From the NCBI GenBank assembly GCA_964234715.1, contig OZ174277.1: 64,000 nt of DNA; one strand, written 5' to 3'. This document shows, in pieces, positions 25,591-37,763 of this stretch. Within the stretch, counting starts at the first letter, position 1; every line of letters starts with the position of its first letter. Below the pieces are notes generated by a model. The model was given only the letters and a program-made list of their open reading frames with translations, had not been told where the DNA came from and did not search any database. A program made the translations under genes and the position numbers. The DNA comes from Podarcis melisellensis. Lineage: Eukaryota.

Positions 25591-26052
25591 AGAAACAGTC
25601 ACTCTCCTCAGGTTATGCAGTGGAAATTTGAATCCGGGTCTCTCAGGTCCGAGTTTTGCACTCTAAGCACGATGCCGTGCAGCCTCTCCTTTTGTGACTC
25701 CAGCAAATCTCAAAACTTTCTGTTTGCAAATAATAAAATCAAGAACCAGTAAAATTTTGGTAGACTTGTCACATGCCTCCTACACATACTCCCCCCCCTC
25801 TATGTGTTTGTGTGAGAGAGTAACATTCTCCAAGCTTTGATGGTTCCCCTGTCCAAAATGTAAGAGAGATCTCTTTTATCAATAACAATTAACTTCAATA
25901 AAGAGACAGCAATTAAGGTCTATTAACTAGCAATTTTGCTAACAAAAGAAATGGCTGGCCAGTCCCCATTACAATATTCTAAGCTAATAACTAAATAAAT
26001 AACATTGACTTTTGAGTTCACAAAAAACACAGATTAACACTTCTGTGTCCGT

Positions 26053-26055
<3 letters not shown>

Positions 26056-26103
<48 letters not shown>
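26056..26103. repeat. (CT)n microsatellite
   Basis: Direct reading. Confidence 0.97.
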
Positions 26104-26105
<2 letters not shown>

Positions 26106-27276
26106 AACCCAATCTTTTGTACAGTCTGCATCATTGCATACTCTTTTATTTTGCTAAATAAAAGCTATTAATGGTGTGTCCTAGGCCATTAATTGTAACG
26201 CAAAACACAGAACTGCCATTTAAATGTGCATTGCATGTTATAAACACAGAGGGTTATACTTTATATTGGTAAAAGCTTTCTTTAATGTCATTATGCATTT
26301 GAGCCACAGTGCAGCAGCTTAAATTTGCCATATGCTATTTAACAGTACAGTCTCTCACACTTCTATTCAGTAGTGCTTGTTCCCAGATAAGTGGGAATAG
26401 GATAGCAACCATATTTATTTACTTTGGAGCAAACATCTAATTTTATTTCTGTATATAGTTAATCATAAAGGTGTCCAAGTATGCATACAGAAGGATGCAA
26501 TGCAAAGGCAGTCAATTAATAAAGTACAAGAAACACACCCTAGTGCAGAGGCTGCCAATTTGGTGCCAGAGAAACTATTGCACACACCAGCTGTGTGCTA
26601 CAACTCTGCCTTTCCCAGCTGCAACTCCTCTGAATTTATTCTGGAGCCTCAGTTAAGAACCAACAAAAAAACTTTCTATTGGCTAAGAGGGATTTGAAGC
26701 CTAATTTTAAGTTGCGAGGGTGGGGGGGGGTAGAGCACCAAGGATAGCAGAAATGGGCATATGAGGGCATGTATACTCACAAGTGGCACATTGATGACCC
26801 AAGCTCTAAAGTATTCCCACTGAAATCAATAGAATCAATTGTTTTCTTGAAGATAGCAACTGCATTTTAAAGCGACAGTGTAAATGTACTTGGGTTTTTC
26901 TTTTTAAAATGCTTACTGGTTTTTTTTTAGCATGTTTTGCATCAGGGTTGCATAATGCTTAGCTGCACCCTTCCTCAATGTTGGGTCCTTAATCTGTAAC
27001 ATCCCATGAGCATTAGTGCTATTGCCTAAGCTACCGTATTTTTCGCTCCATAAGACATACTTTTTTCCTCCTAAAAAGTAAGGGGAAATGTCTGTGCGTC
27101 TGGAGCCAAATTGCCCAGGGGCAAAAAGTAGATGCTCTTTTTTTTAGAAAGAGGGAAGGGGGTGTTGAAACAAAGCCGCTGAGCAGCTGATCAGCAAGTG
27201 ATCAGGAGGGGAGATGAGGGACTCTAGCGATAAAGGAGGCTGCCTGGGAGGGGGGAGGTAAAGACAGCAAACTTGC

Positions 27277-27610
27277 GACTTCCGGTCGGCGCCAGCGTTA
27301 ATGGCGGTCCTTGCTTCGTGCTCCGAAGCAGGACTGCTCCGTGAGTTCGGGTCTGACCCGCTACGGCGAGCGGGGGACCCCTAAAATCACAGGCGCTGAA
27401 GCCTGTGAACAAGGAGATTCGGTGGGCACCTTTGCGCCCCCCGGTATCGCGAAAGAGCCTTTTTAAAGGCTCCGGAGCGGCAGCGGGTGTGAGCGCGGTG
27501 CTGAGGATCGTAACCCAGCCCACGGAGCGAAGCCGCGTCGCCATTGACGGAGAGCGCCGATTCCTTCCTGAAACTACCGATTGGAAATAATACCCGTGAG
27601 TAAGATTGAC
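27277..27610 (+). promoter_or_regulatory. L1 internal promoter (CpG-rich 5'UTR)
   Basis: Very high CpG density relative to the window. Starts GACTTCCGG (ETS/GABP-like); YY1-like AATGGCGG at about 27300 and CGCCATT at about 27539. Confidence 0.65.
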
Positions 27611-28222
27611 AAACAAAGGGAACGGGACTTTAAAACTTAAGAATTTAAGAAGATTTGGCTGAAAACGGGTCAGGCAAAATTAAGGAAGTCAGCCTCCCGG
27701 AGCTACATGTTTGACTGAGCAACGAAAAAAGTAAGCTGCATTTAAAGGGATCGTATCTATTTTTTGCAACTTAGTTAACCTGATATCGAAAGAAGACCTC
27801 CCCCCCGGAGAGTGGGAGAGGGGGGGGGAGAAAATTTGACTTAATTCTGTTTGGTGGAAGAGAGAAGTTTTGGAAACGGAGGTTTTCCGCTGTCAACACC
27901 TCTGGTCAGGCTGCTGGGACAGCGAGCGCCTGGGAATGAACTGTCAAACTAGATGTGATACAAAGTAAAGATTTATCTGAAATAAAATAACGGGACTTTA
28001 GTGGACTGAAACTGTAATATTTAAAATTGCAACAAGGTAGGGATTTTGCTTGGACTTTCACTTTTGGAACTTGGCATGGCTACTTCCTTCCCTGTTTCTT
28101 TGTTCCTGTAATGGATATAATGTACTCCCTCTAGAGGTCTAAAAGAGAGACTGTTGTTGTACTGAGGCAAAAACAGTGGGATTTTCCACTTGTAGCTGTT
28201 CCTGTGGGAACGACCTTGAGAT

Positions 28223-29229
28223 ATGAGCGGCCCACTGGATGAAATATCAACAAGATCTAAAGCAAAGCAGGCTCAGGCTCAAAAGAAAAGAGGCTCCTTG
28301 ACAGGAGCATCAGCAGCACAGGAAAGAACAACAACGGTATCAATGGATTCCATGACACAGGCTCTACTCAGGATAAATGAATCTTTAGAATCACTTACTA
28401 GGCAAACTACAGAGAACTCCAAGAAACTAACAGAACTGACAACAAGACTGGACTTGAACACGACGATAATATCGACTAATACTGACTCTATAAATCGTTT
28501 AATTCAAGAAAGCTCAGAGACAAGGAAAATAGCCGAGGGCGCTAGGACCACGGCTGAGGAAATTAAAGGGAAATTTGTTCCTATTGCAAAGAAGGTATAT
28601 GAACATGATGAAGCCTTGGCCCTTATGGAGCTGGAGAGGAAAGGCAAGAACTTAAAACTGAGACTGGTACCTGAGGAAGAGGAGGACAAGCTTGGGGAAT
28701 TTCTTACAGACAAGTTCCAAGAATTCTGGAGTGATGAGCTACTGGAAGAGGAAGATGAGTTCGCAATAACTACAGCTTTCCGGATTGGCAGAAAGCAAGG
28801 CAAGAAACCAAGGGATTGCTTAATTACTTTGAGATCTAAGGAAGAAAGAGACAGAATATTGAACCTACATTTCCAGAAGGCACTGGTTATTAAAAATTCC
28901 CAAATACAGATTTTCAAAGATATTCCCAGATACTTTTTGGAGGTGAGAACACAATTTAAAGACTTAGTCGATTTACTGAAACAAAATAATATTCCATTCA
29001 GGTGGGAATTCCCACAAGGGTTATCTTTCAACTTCAAAGGGAAGAAAACCAAAATAAAAACAACCCAAGACAAAGAACACTTTTGGAGAGAAACCTCGAG
29101 GACTTTCAGAAAGGAACCGTGAGTGAGAGGGAAACACTGGACATTGCAAACTTATCGTTTGGACTGAATCCAGCACCGACAGACGAGGAACAAGAACTTG
29201 GAGCAGTTGGTGGGAAAAATAACCAATAA
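28223..29229 (+). pseudogene. L1 ORF1p (coiled coil plus RRM/CTD, Transposase_22-like) with a -1 frameshift near the C-terminus
   Basis: ATG 28223; heptad region; motifs NLKLRLVPEE, AFRIG..KPRDCLI, IQIFKDIP, FRWEFPQGLSFNFKG. Adding one T in the T-run at about 29081 gives EHFLERNLED... ending TAA 29229, 5 nt before the ORF2 ATG. Confidence 0.88.
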
Positions 29230-29234
29230 CGAAA

Positions 29235-32200
29235 ATGTCCCTGCAACTTCTGAGTTGGAACTGTAATGGTTTGAACCATCCCCGAAAAAGAGATCAAGTT
29301 TTTCATATATTAAAGAAAGAACAATTAGACATAATCTGTTTGCAAGAAACTCATATTGCCAGGATACACAGGAAACTTTTGATAAACAAGAGATTAGGAC
29401 AGGAATTTGTTTCCTCAGATAAAGTTAAGAAAAGAGGGGTGGTGATTTATGCCAAGGAAAAATGGGAACCAAAAATGATCTTTAAAGACGATGAAGGAAG
29501 ATACCTGGCAGTAGAAATTCAAATTCAAGGAGAAAAGATTTGGAGATTTTGGAGTTTATGCACCTAATGAGGGGAAGGCAGAGTTTTTCAAGAAGTTGCA
29601 TGAGACTTTAATGGACTTTATGGATTTTAAAATTATTATGATGGGAGATTTCAACGGAGTTGTCTCCACAAATATGGACAAGGCACAAAGACAAGTAATA
29701 TCCAAGGATGGGAGACTACCAAAGACTTTTTTTGAACTGACTGACACTATGGACTTGATCGACATCTGGAGAACTAGGAACCCTCTGGAAAGAGAGGGAA
29801 CCTTTTTCTCGGAAGCAAAAATGACCTGGACTAGAATTGATCAAATTTGGATTTCTAGCAATCTGGCACCAAGAGTGAAAAAAACAGAAATCTGCATAAA
29901 AACTTGCTCCGACCACAATGCAGTCAAGATGGAAATGAAATTAACAACGGCTGGAACCTTCAGATGGAGAATGAATGACACCCTATTCAGAGATGAGGAA
30001 ATTTATCAAAAGGCCCAGAAAATATTGAAGGACTATTTTGAAATAAATCTGAGAACGGAGGTGGAAAAAAGAATAGTATGGGACGCAAGTAAGGCTGTGA
30101 TGCACGGATTCCTAATTCAGCAAAATTCTATAAAAAGGAAGAAACAAAATTAGAGGAAGGAAAAGATTTTGAACCAGATAAAAGAAGGAGAAAAGAAATT
30201 GAGATCCAAACCGAAGTCTCATGAGATTTTGAGAGAAATAAAATATCATCAGACGCAATATATGGAATTGATGAATCAAGAAATAGAATGGAAGATAAAG
30301 CAAATGAGACAAAAGACATTTGAATCGGCAGATAAATGTGGGAAACTGCTGTCATGGCAACTGAAAAAGAGGCAAAAGCTAAATACCGTCACATCCCTGG
30401 AAATAGATGGGAAAATTATCAACAAACCAAATGAAATAAGCAATTGTTTTCAAAGTTTTTTCAAAAAACTGTACGCACAAGGGCCTACAAACGAACAAGA
30501 AATAGAGGAATTTGTTAAAAAATATGGACTAGCAAAGATTTCAGAACAAAATAAAAGGATCTTGAATGAAAAAATTACAGAACAAGAAATAGAGGGTGCC
30601 ATTCAGAATATGAAACTGGGGAAATCACCAGGACCAGACGGTTTGACTGCGAAATACTACAAAGATCTTAAAGAATGGCTAATACAGCCATTGAAGGAAG
30701 TATGCAACCAGATATTAGAGGGGAAAAAGGCGCCTGAATGGTGGAGAGAAGCATTCATCTCACTTATACCGAAGACAGAAACTGAGAAACATCAAGTCAA
30801 GAACTACCGCCCTATATCACTCTTGAATGTGGATTACAAAATTTTTGCAGACGTTTTGGCGAAAAGGTTTAAAAGAGTTTTGGTGGAGGAGATTCATAAG
30901 AACCAAACAGGCTTTCTCCCAGGGAGACACATGTCAGATAATGTGAGGAACATTATAGACATTTTGGAGATGCTGGAGGTGGACATTAACAGAAAGGCAG
31001 TTTTAATATTTGTGGATGCGGAGAAGGCCTTTGACAACATTTCTTGGAAATTTATGAAGAAGAATCTCCATGGGATGGGGGTAGGCCAAGGGTTTGAAAA
31101 CGGTATAGGTGCAATATATTCGGAACAAACAAGGGTTTGAAAACGGTATAGGTGCAATATATTCGGAACAATAATTGTGAACAATGTGGTAATGGACGAA
31201 ATATTAATAGAGAAAGGTACACGACAGGGATGCCCTATATCCCCTCTTCTTTTTATATCTGTCCTGGAGGTTTTATTAAATATGATCAGAAAGGACCAGC
31301 TGGTAAAAGGAATACAGGTCGGGTCCAAACAATATAAGTTAAGGGCATTTGCAGATGATTTGGTATTAACCTTGCAACAGCCAGAAGCTAGTGCCAAAAG
31401 AGTTCTAGAATTAATGGAGATATTCGGCCAGGTCGCAGGATTTAAATTAAATAAGCAGAAAACAAAGGTGCTGGAAAAAAATCTAACAAAAGAGGAGAAA
31501 GATAGGTTTCAAAGTGAAACTGGGTTGGAAATAGCAAAAAAGGTTAAGTACCTGGGAGTAAATCTAACATCTAAAAATGTGAATCTATTTAAAGATAACT
31601 ATGAAAAATGCTGGACAGAAGTTAAAAAAGATCTAGATATATGGTCTAGACTGAAACTTTCCTTGCTAGGCCGAATTGCTGTTATCAAGATGAATGTATT
31701 GCCAAGAATGTTGTTTTTATTCCAGACGTTGCAGATTCTAGACAAAGTGGACTGCTTCAAGAAGTGGCAGAAAGATATATCTAAATTTGTCTGGCAGGGC
31801 AAAAAGCCCAGAATAAAATTTAAGATTTTAACTGATGCAAAAGATAGAGGGGGCTTTGCCCTGCCGGACTTAAGACTCTATTATGAATCAGCAGCATTCT
31901 GCTGGTTGAAGCAATGGCTACTTCTTGAAGATACAGACATTCTTGATCTGGAAGGATACGATAATAGCTTTGGTTGGCATGCATATCTGTGGTATGACAA
32001 GGTAAAGGTCTACAAAAGTTTTAAAAACCATATTGTTAGGAAAGCACTGTACAATGTTTGGAATAGATACAAGGACTTACTGGAAAGTAAAACCCCTAGG
32101 TGGTTGTCACCAATGGAAGCGAAAGCAGTGAAAAAAATTAATATGGACTCTAATTGGCCTAAGTATTGTGAAATTTTAGAATATGATGGTGAAAAACTGA

Positions 32201-33003
32201 AGCTACAAAGTTTTGAGAAGCTAAAGTATAAAGTTCGAGATTGGTTACACTACCGTCAGATAAATGAGATGTTTAAGCAAGACAGGAAACTTGGTTTTCA
32301 GAAGGAGAGGTCAAAGTTAGAAACAGAACTGTTAGAATCCAATACTAAGAATTTATCTAAAATGTACAATTTGCTGCTGAAATGGAATACACAGGATGAA
32401 ACGGTGAAATCAGCTATGATTAAATGGGCACAGGATATCGGCCATGATATTATGTTTGATGACTGGGAACAGTTATGGACCACCAGTGTTAAATTTACGG
32501 CATGTAATGCCTTGAAAGAGAACATAATGAAAATGATTTATAGGTGGTACATGACCCCAGTCAAGCTTGCAAAGATCTATCATTTGCCCAATAACAAATG
32601 TTGGAAATGTAATGAAGCTGAAGGTACCTTTTATCATCTTTGGTGGACCTGCCCAAAGATTAAAGCCTACTGGGAAATGATCTATAATGAAATAAAGAAA
32701 GTCCTTAAGTGGACATTTGTAAAGAAACCGGAGGCTTTTCTCTTGGGCATGGTTGGCCAATTGGTATCAAAGAAGGATAGGACATTTTTTATGTACGCAA
32801 CCACAGCAGCAAGAATCCTGTTGGCAAAGTATTGGAAGACGCAAGAACTACCTACTCTGGAAGAATGGCAATCGAAGGTGACGGAATATATGGGATTGGC
32901 AGAGATGACCGGCAGAATCCGTGACCAGAGGAAAGAGACAGTGGAAGAGGACTGGGGGAAATTTAAAACATATTTAAAAAACTATTGTAAAATTGTGGAC
33001 TGA
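29235..33003 (+). pseudogene. L1 ORF2p (APE endonuclease, reverse transcriptase, CCHC domain), disrupted
   Basis: EN motifs LSWNCNGL, CLQETH, MGDFN, RIDQIW, SDHNAV; RT motifs KSPGPDG, NYRPISLLNVDYKI, DAEKAFD, GTRQGCPISP, FADD, KYLGV; CWKC-x8-H-x4-C. Lesions: +1 frameshift at about 29540, TAG at 30151-30153, duplication with TGA at 31138. Confidence 0.95.
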
Positions 33004-33761
33004 TAAGATGTTAAGGGGTAAGAAACAAAGAATTACAGCTGTAAATCATAAACTTTAAGAAAATTCAGAAGGGACTTGACTAAAGATCGATTGACGAGTT
33101 GCTCGAAAAAATGGCAAAACAAGGATGTGGTGAAGGGGAGGCATGGGGAAGTCAATTTTTGTTGTTTGTTTTTGATGTTTGTGTCTGTTTTGTATTGTTT
33201 TTAATATGTGTAAAAACTAATAAAAATATTTTTTTTAAAAAAAAAGACAGCAAATTTGCAAGGAGAGGAGACAGGAAGATTAAAGCAATGAGGCGAGACA
33301 TTAGAAGAAAAGGAGGAGCAAAAAACTGCTCCAGCTAAGGAGAAGACACTAAGGCAAACAAGAGGGAAGGGGGTATTGAAACAAAGCCGCTGAGCAGCTG
33401 ATCGGCAAGGGATTGGGAGGGACATAAGGAACTCTATAGAGATAAAGGAGGCTGCCTGGGAGGGGGGAGGTAAAAGCACATGGATCCTCACCCCAAATTT
33501 GCCATCAGATCACATAGCATGGCCATGGCTACAGCCTGCACCAAAAAAACCAAGCACCCACTGTTTTGTGGGGCCGCAATGGTGCAAAAAGGTGGTTACA
33601 AAGCACGGATCCACATGGATCCTCAGGATTTTTGCATTGGGCTACCCAAATTCACCATCAGATCACATAGCATGTCCATGGCTACAGCATGAACCACAAA
33701 AATCATACACCCACTGTTTCATTCAGAATATTTTTTCCCTTGTTTTCCTCCTCTAAAAACT

Positions 33762-33840
33762 TTGTTGTTGTTTAGTCTTTTAGTCGTGTCCGACTCTTCG
33801 TGACCCCATGGACCAGAGCACATCAGGCACTCCTGTCTTC
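33762..33840 (-). mobile_element. BovB 3'-terminal fragment (79 bp)
   Basis: Reverse complement of about 6537-6613 including the (CAA)n tail; 12-bp TSD CCTCTAAAAACT at 33750-33761 and 33841-33852. Confidence 0.9.
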
Positions 33841-35041
33841 CCTCTAAAAACTAGGTGCGTCTTATGGAGCGAAAAATACGGTAGTTACCCTCTGCTTACC
33901 TAAAGCATTTTATGTCCCATGCTCATCCTTTCCATGCAAAGTGCATCTGAACATCTGTACCACATCCTGATTATGGATCTCTGTTCCTGGAATCTGCAAC
34001 AGCTGTCATTGGCAGCCTCTTGGCCGATTTTGTCTTGTCACCCTTTAATGGGCTACTCGTCCTTGATGTGCTGAGTGTCTAGCTTATTTCCCCTTGCACT
34101 GGAGCAGGGATGGAGCAGTGGTGGCCTTCCTGTTGTGGTTGAACTACAGCTCCCAGTATCCCAAACCACTGACCATGCTAGTTTGGGCTGATGGGAGGCA
34201 GACTCCAAGAATATTGTTGGTGCTGCAAATAATGTTGAGTAGAGGAGTAGAGGGTGAGGATAGCCATGAATTTGCACTGTATTTTGTTAAGGAAGAGCTG
34301 CTCAAAGGCTGGCTGGGTTGTGACCTGGAAACTCTGCCTGCAAAACCCCATTAACCTCTGTCCTTCCCATTCAAAGGCACGACTCAATTCATGTTATAGC
34401 AAAACACAGCATCAACACAATGGTATTGTGCAGTTGTTGATTATTTATATATACACCTATTTCCTGGCTCCAAACATTCATTTTTAAAATATGTGCTTCA
34501 GGATAACCTCATTAAAACTGCAACCGTCTTGTCTTACAAAGGGTCCTATGGGATGGAAGACAACACAGAAAGTATATCAAGCTATTCCCCAAATCCGAAA
34601 GTTCAGAAAGTGTTGATGGTGGTGAATACCTAACAGTTGAAGGGAAGAATCACTTCCCTGGCCTTTTCACAGTGAATTATTGAACCAGTCTCTTTGATTT
34701 GCAAATAGGAAAGGAGAAGGTTGCAGGTACATGAAGCACTTTGGCCTGCTGATTCCCCAAGAAAACTCCCCAACAGCCTCACAGTGGACTCGAGTCAATT
34801 TGCTCAGTTTGTGTTCGCAGCAAGTATTTTCTAAAGGTGTTATTATTTGTCTGTAAAACTTTCTCTTGTTAGAACATGGGGACCATATTTTCCATGGATA
34901 ATGGCAGGCTGGGGGGTTGGACAAAGCATATTTTCAGGTGATGTTACATCAGGGTGTTTTTGCAGCAGAGATGCTACCATTCAGAACATAAGGGGAAAAT
35001 AAATCTGCCGAGCCATTATTGGAATAGAACAGGGACTTACG

Positions 35042-35088
35042 TGAGTGGCTGGGGAGGCCCAGCCGGATGGGCGGGGTATAAATAATAA

Positions 35089-35134
<46 letters not shown>
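35042..35134 (+). mobile_element. L2-type LINE 3' tail with (TTA)n microsatellite; related tails at 38838-38897 (+) and 62151-62287 (-)
   Basis: 'gagtggctggggaggcccagccggatgggcggggtataaataataaa(tta)n', seen three times in the window. Confidence 0.7.
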
Positions 35135-35136
<2 letters not shown>

Positions 35137-35393
35137 AGAGAACGAGAAATATATATGAGAAGCTTTCTCAGTAAACCTGAAAAAGGTCACCTGCAAACCC
35201 ATGTTGCAACACGACTGTCCTATGCATATTTGCTAGGGTGCAAATGCCACTGGATTAGTGGTTTATGGTACTTCAAAAGAAAACAGCCACAGAATCATAA
35301 GGCTATATAGCAATAAAGCAGGCGATATAACCAAATTATCAAAATAGAAATATTAATAAAACTAACAGGTTTTTTTTTTTAAAAAAAAATGTA

Positions 35394-35624
35394 CAGTGGT
35401 AACTCGGGTTACAAATGCTTCGGGTTACAAATGATTTAGGTTACAGACTCCGCTAACCTGGAAGTAGTACCTCAGGTTATGAACCTCACTTCAGGATGAG
35501 AACAGAAATCACGCAGCAACAGCAGGACGCCCCATTAGCTAAAGTTGTACCTCAGGTTAAGAACAGTTTCAGGTTAAGAACGGACCTCTGGAACGAATTA
35601 AGTTCTTAACCCAAGGTACCATTG
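35394..35624. mobile_element. Tigger-like MITE (about 230 bp)
   Basis: TIRs CAGTGGTAACTCGGGTTA / TAACCCAAGGTACCATTG, TA TSD; same family as 48322-48559 and 53447-53672. Confidence 0.9.
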
Positions 35625-35916
35625 TACATAATAAAATCACATGCCTGGACAGCCTTGCCTGAACAAGAAAGCATTAGGAAAGTATCAAAACAGGACAACG
35701 AAAGCACCTGCCCACTCTTAGACTTAGTTACAACTCAGTCCAATGTAAGTCTAACCGGAAGGTTCCTCATGAGGAAATGTGCCTCTTGAGTTTCTCCACT
35801 CCAGACTTTTCTGGCCAATCACCATTAGCTCAGGCCCCAAATCCTGCTTGGGGGTTTCCCACAGGCAGCTGACTGGCTTCTGTGAGGATAGGATGCTGGA
35901 TTAGATGGGCCATTGA

Positions 35917-36235
35917 CAGGGCCAGATTTAGGTTTGATGAGGCCCTAAGCTACTGAAGGTAATGGGGCCCTTTATATGTCCAGCTGTCTTTGTCAACAAC
36001 AAATTGTCACAGTTTTTTGTGTTGAATATATGCTATATGGTAATTTATGGACCTAATAGGTATCTAAAGCCATTTGCACATAACAAAATATGTATTTTAT
36101 CAAAGTAATTGTTGAACTGAAATACAATTAAGAAGTATATTAATAGTGAAATCATTATTAATTTTTTTGGAGGGCCCCCAAGAGAGTGGGACCCTAAGCT
36201 ATAGATTATTTAGCTTATATGTAAATCCGGCACTG
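35917..36235. mobile_element. hAT-type MITE inserted in a SINE 3' part (about 35840-36275)
   Basis: TIRs CAGGGCCAGATTTA / TAAATCCGGCACTG; 8-bp TSD GCCATTGA/GCCATTGG. The flanks rejoin as 'gatgggccattggtctgatccag...ttcttatgttctta'. Confidence 0.85.
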
Positions 36236-37763
36236 GCCATTGGTCTGATCCAGAAGGCTTTTCTTATGTTCTTACACAGCTAGGATTTTTTTGGTGTGGT
36301 TTGCGCATGTATCCCAGTTATTGCAACTTAGTCTGGTCATTAGAAATACATTGCCATGTGATAAATTATTTGCATTTCAGCACCAGGACCTGCTTGGCAA
36401 TGGGGACTGTCGGGTACCCAATGTACAGGCATGTAGTTGTGACATCTTGTTCCAGATTGTGATATAGCGGCAGATGGGTGAAGCCTTCTGCTATCAGTCG
36501 CTCAACTGTCTGCTGAACGGCACTAAGGCATGAACTTGTTCTACCCGTACGTCTATGGATGAAACCCAAAGCATTAGCTCCTGGTGGAAGATTAAATTTA
36601 CTCTATTGCAAAATAATAATGATGATGATGATGATGGTGATGAAGGACATCATCAGGAACAAGTGTCACTTGCGGGGATTGAGTCAGCTGCTCTTTCTTT
36701 CCATCTTCAACCAAATAGGCTTCCTAAATACAGCTTGCACAGACCTGCTAGTGACTTAGCGGATGCTGTAATTGGAGTTCCTGATTTTAAACAAGATTAG
36801 CTGGTATAATTGTTAAGCTGGAGGTTCTTAAACAGTGCACAGTACCTCTACTGTATTTATTTCAAGCTTTCGGTTCCTCAAAATTTATGGAGCTCATCAG
36901 TATTCTTTAGGGATGGGCGGAACAGGAGAAAGGCCATGCCGTGTGCAGTGCACCTCTCTGCACATTGACTGCTTAATTGCCTGCAGTTGTCGTTAGCCAG
37001 CCGAACAGAATGACCTTATAAGTAATTGAAACATTAGTGCCTGACAGAAAATCAATGTTATTCTAATAAGAAACAAAAGTGGTGCATTGTGTAGTATAAG
37101 CAAATGAAGTGAATTTAGCTTACGTGACTGTCTTCTGAAGACTTATTCCATTGATCAGCAGTTTACTGGATCATTTTGCTGTAATAATGGAATGGTTTTA
37201 CAATGGACTGGGCCTCTCTCCTCCTCCCCCAAAAGGAAACGAATAAATAGTAGTAGCATCAAATGGTTTTTCTCTCACGGAGCACTATGGAGAGATAAGT
37301 GCTGTTGCTGAAATTTTAGCTTGAGAGCTGTCAATTGCCCACCTTAATTAAAAAGGGTAATAGGCCTTATTGATCTCCTCTAATGCACTGTATTAGATAA
37401 ACCTTTTCGTTCTCATCCATAGGTGCTTTGCGTCTAAGGTTTTCAGTTTTTGCTAAGCTGAGTGGCATCGCTTCTACTGGGGCACACTTTGGTAATATGG
37501 CACCCTGGCCTGAGCAAGGACAAAGTTTGGCACCCCTTGCTATTTCTTATTTCCACGCCATCCTCCTTGTTGCCTTCCATTCTGCTCCCCCTTGGTTTTG
37601 TGCCCTGTGTGGGGGAACCACCCCCTGCCATAAATCCAACAATGGCTTCTAGATCAGCAGATTATAAAGTGTTGTTTAAGTTTCATAGGAACATTTGCAG
37701 TGGAGACTAGTTCATTAGGGCAAGTAGGGCACTGCCCCACTATGCTCAGACTGTCCTCAGCAC

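Larger units (their letters stand above)
27277..33242 (+). mobile_element. Full-length L1 (LINE-1 clade) retrotransposon, about 6 kb, inactivated
   Basis: 17-bp TSD AAAGACAGCAAA(C/T)TTGC at 27260-27276 and 33243-33259; CpG-rich 5'UTR; ORF1; ORF2; AATAAA at 33219; short A tail. Confidence 0.95.
27034..33881. mobile_element. Non-autonomous Tc1/mariner (Tc2/pogo-like) element, about 770 bp of its own sequence, carrying L1 and BovB insertions
   Basis: Perfect 23-bp TIRs CCGTATTTTTCGCTCCATAAGAC / GTCTTATGGAGCGAAAAATACGG with TA on both sides. A related copy lies inverted at 62448-63019. Confidence 0.9.

Noticed and set aside
27224-27616. Antisense ORF in the L1 5'UTR (ORF0-like)
   Set aside because: Starts at TTG, runs out of the element, and long open frames are expected in GC-rich DNA.
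28504-29073. 189-aa antisense ORF, and similar ORFs at 6146-6577, 30894-31397 and 59680-60204
   Set aside because: Antisense shadows of retrotransposon coding sequence.
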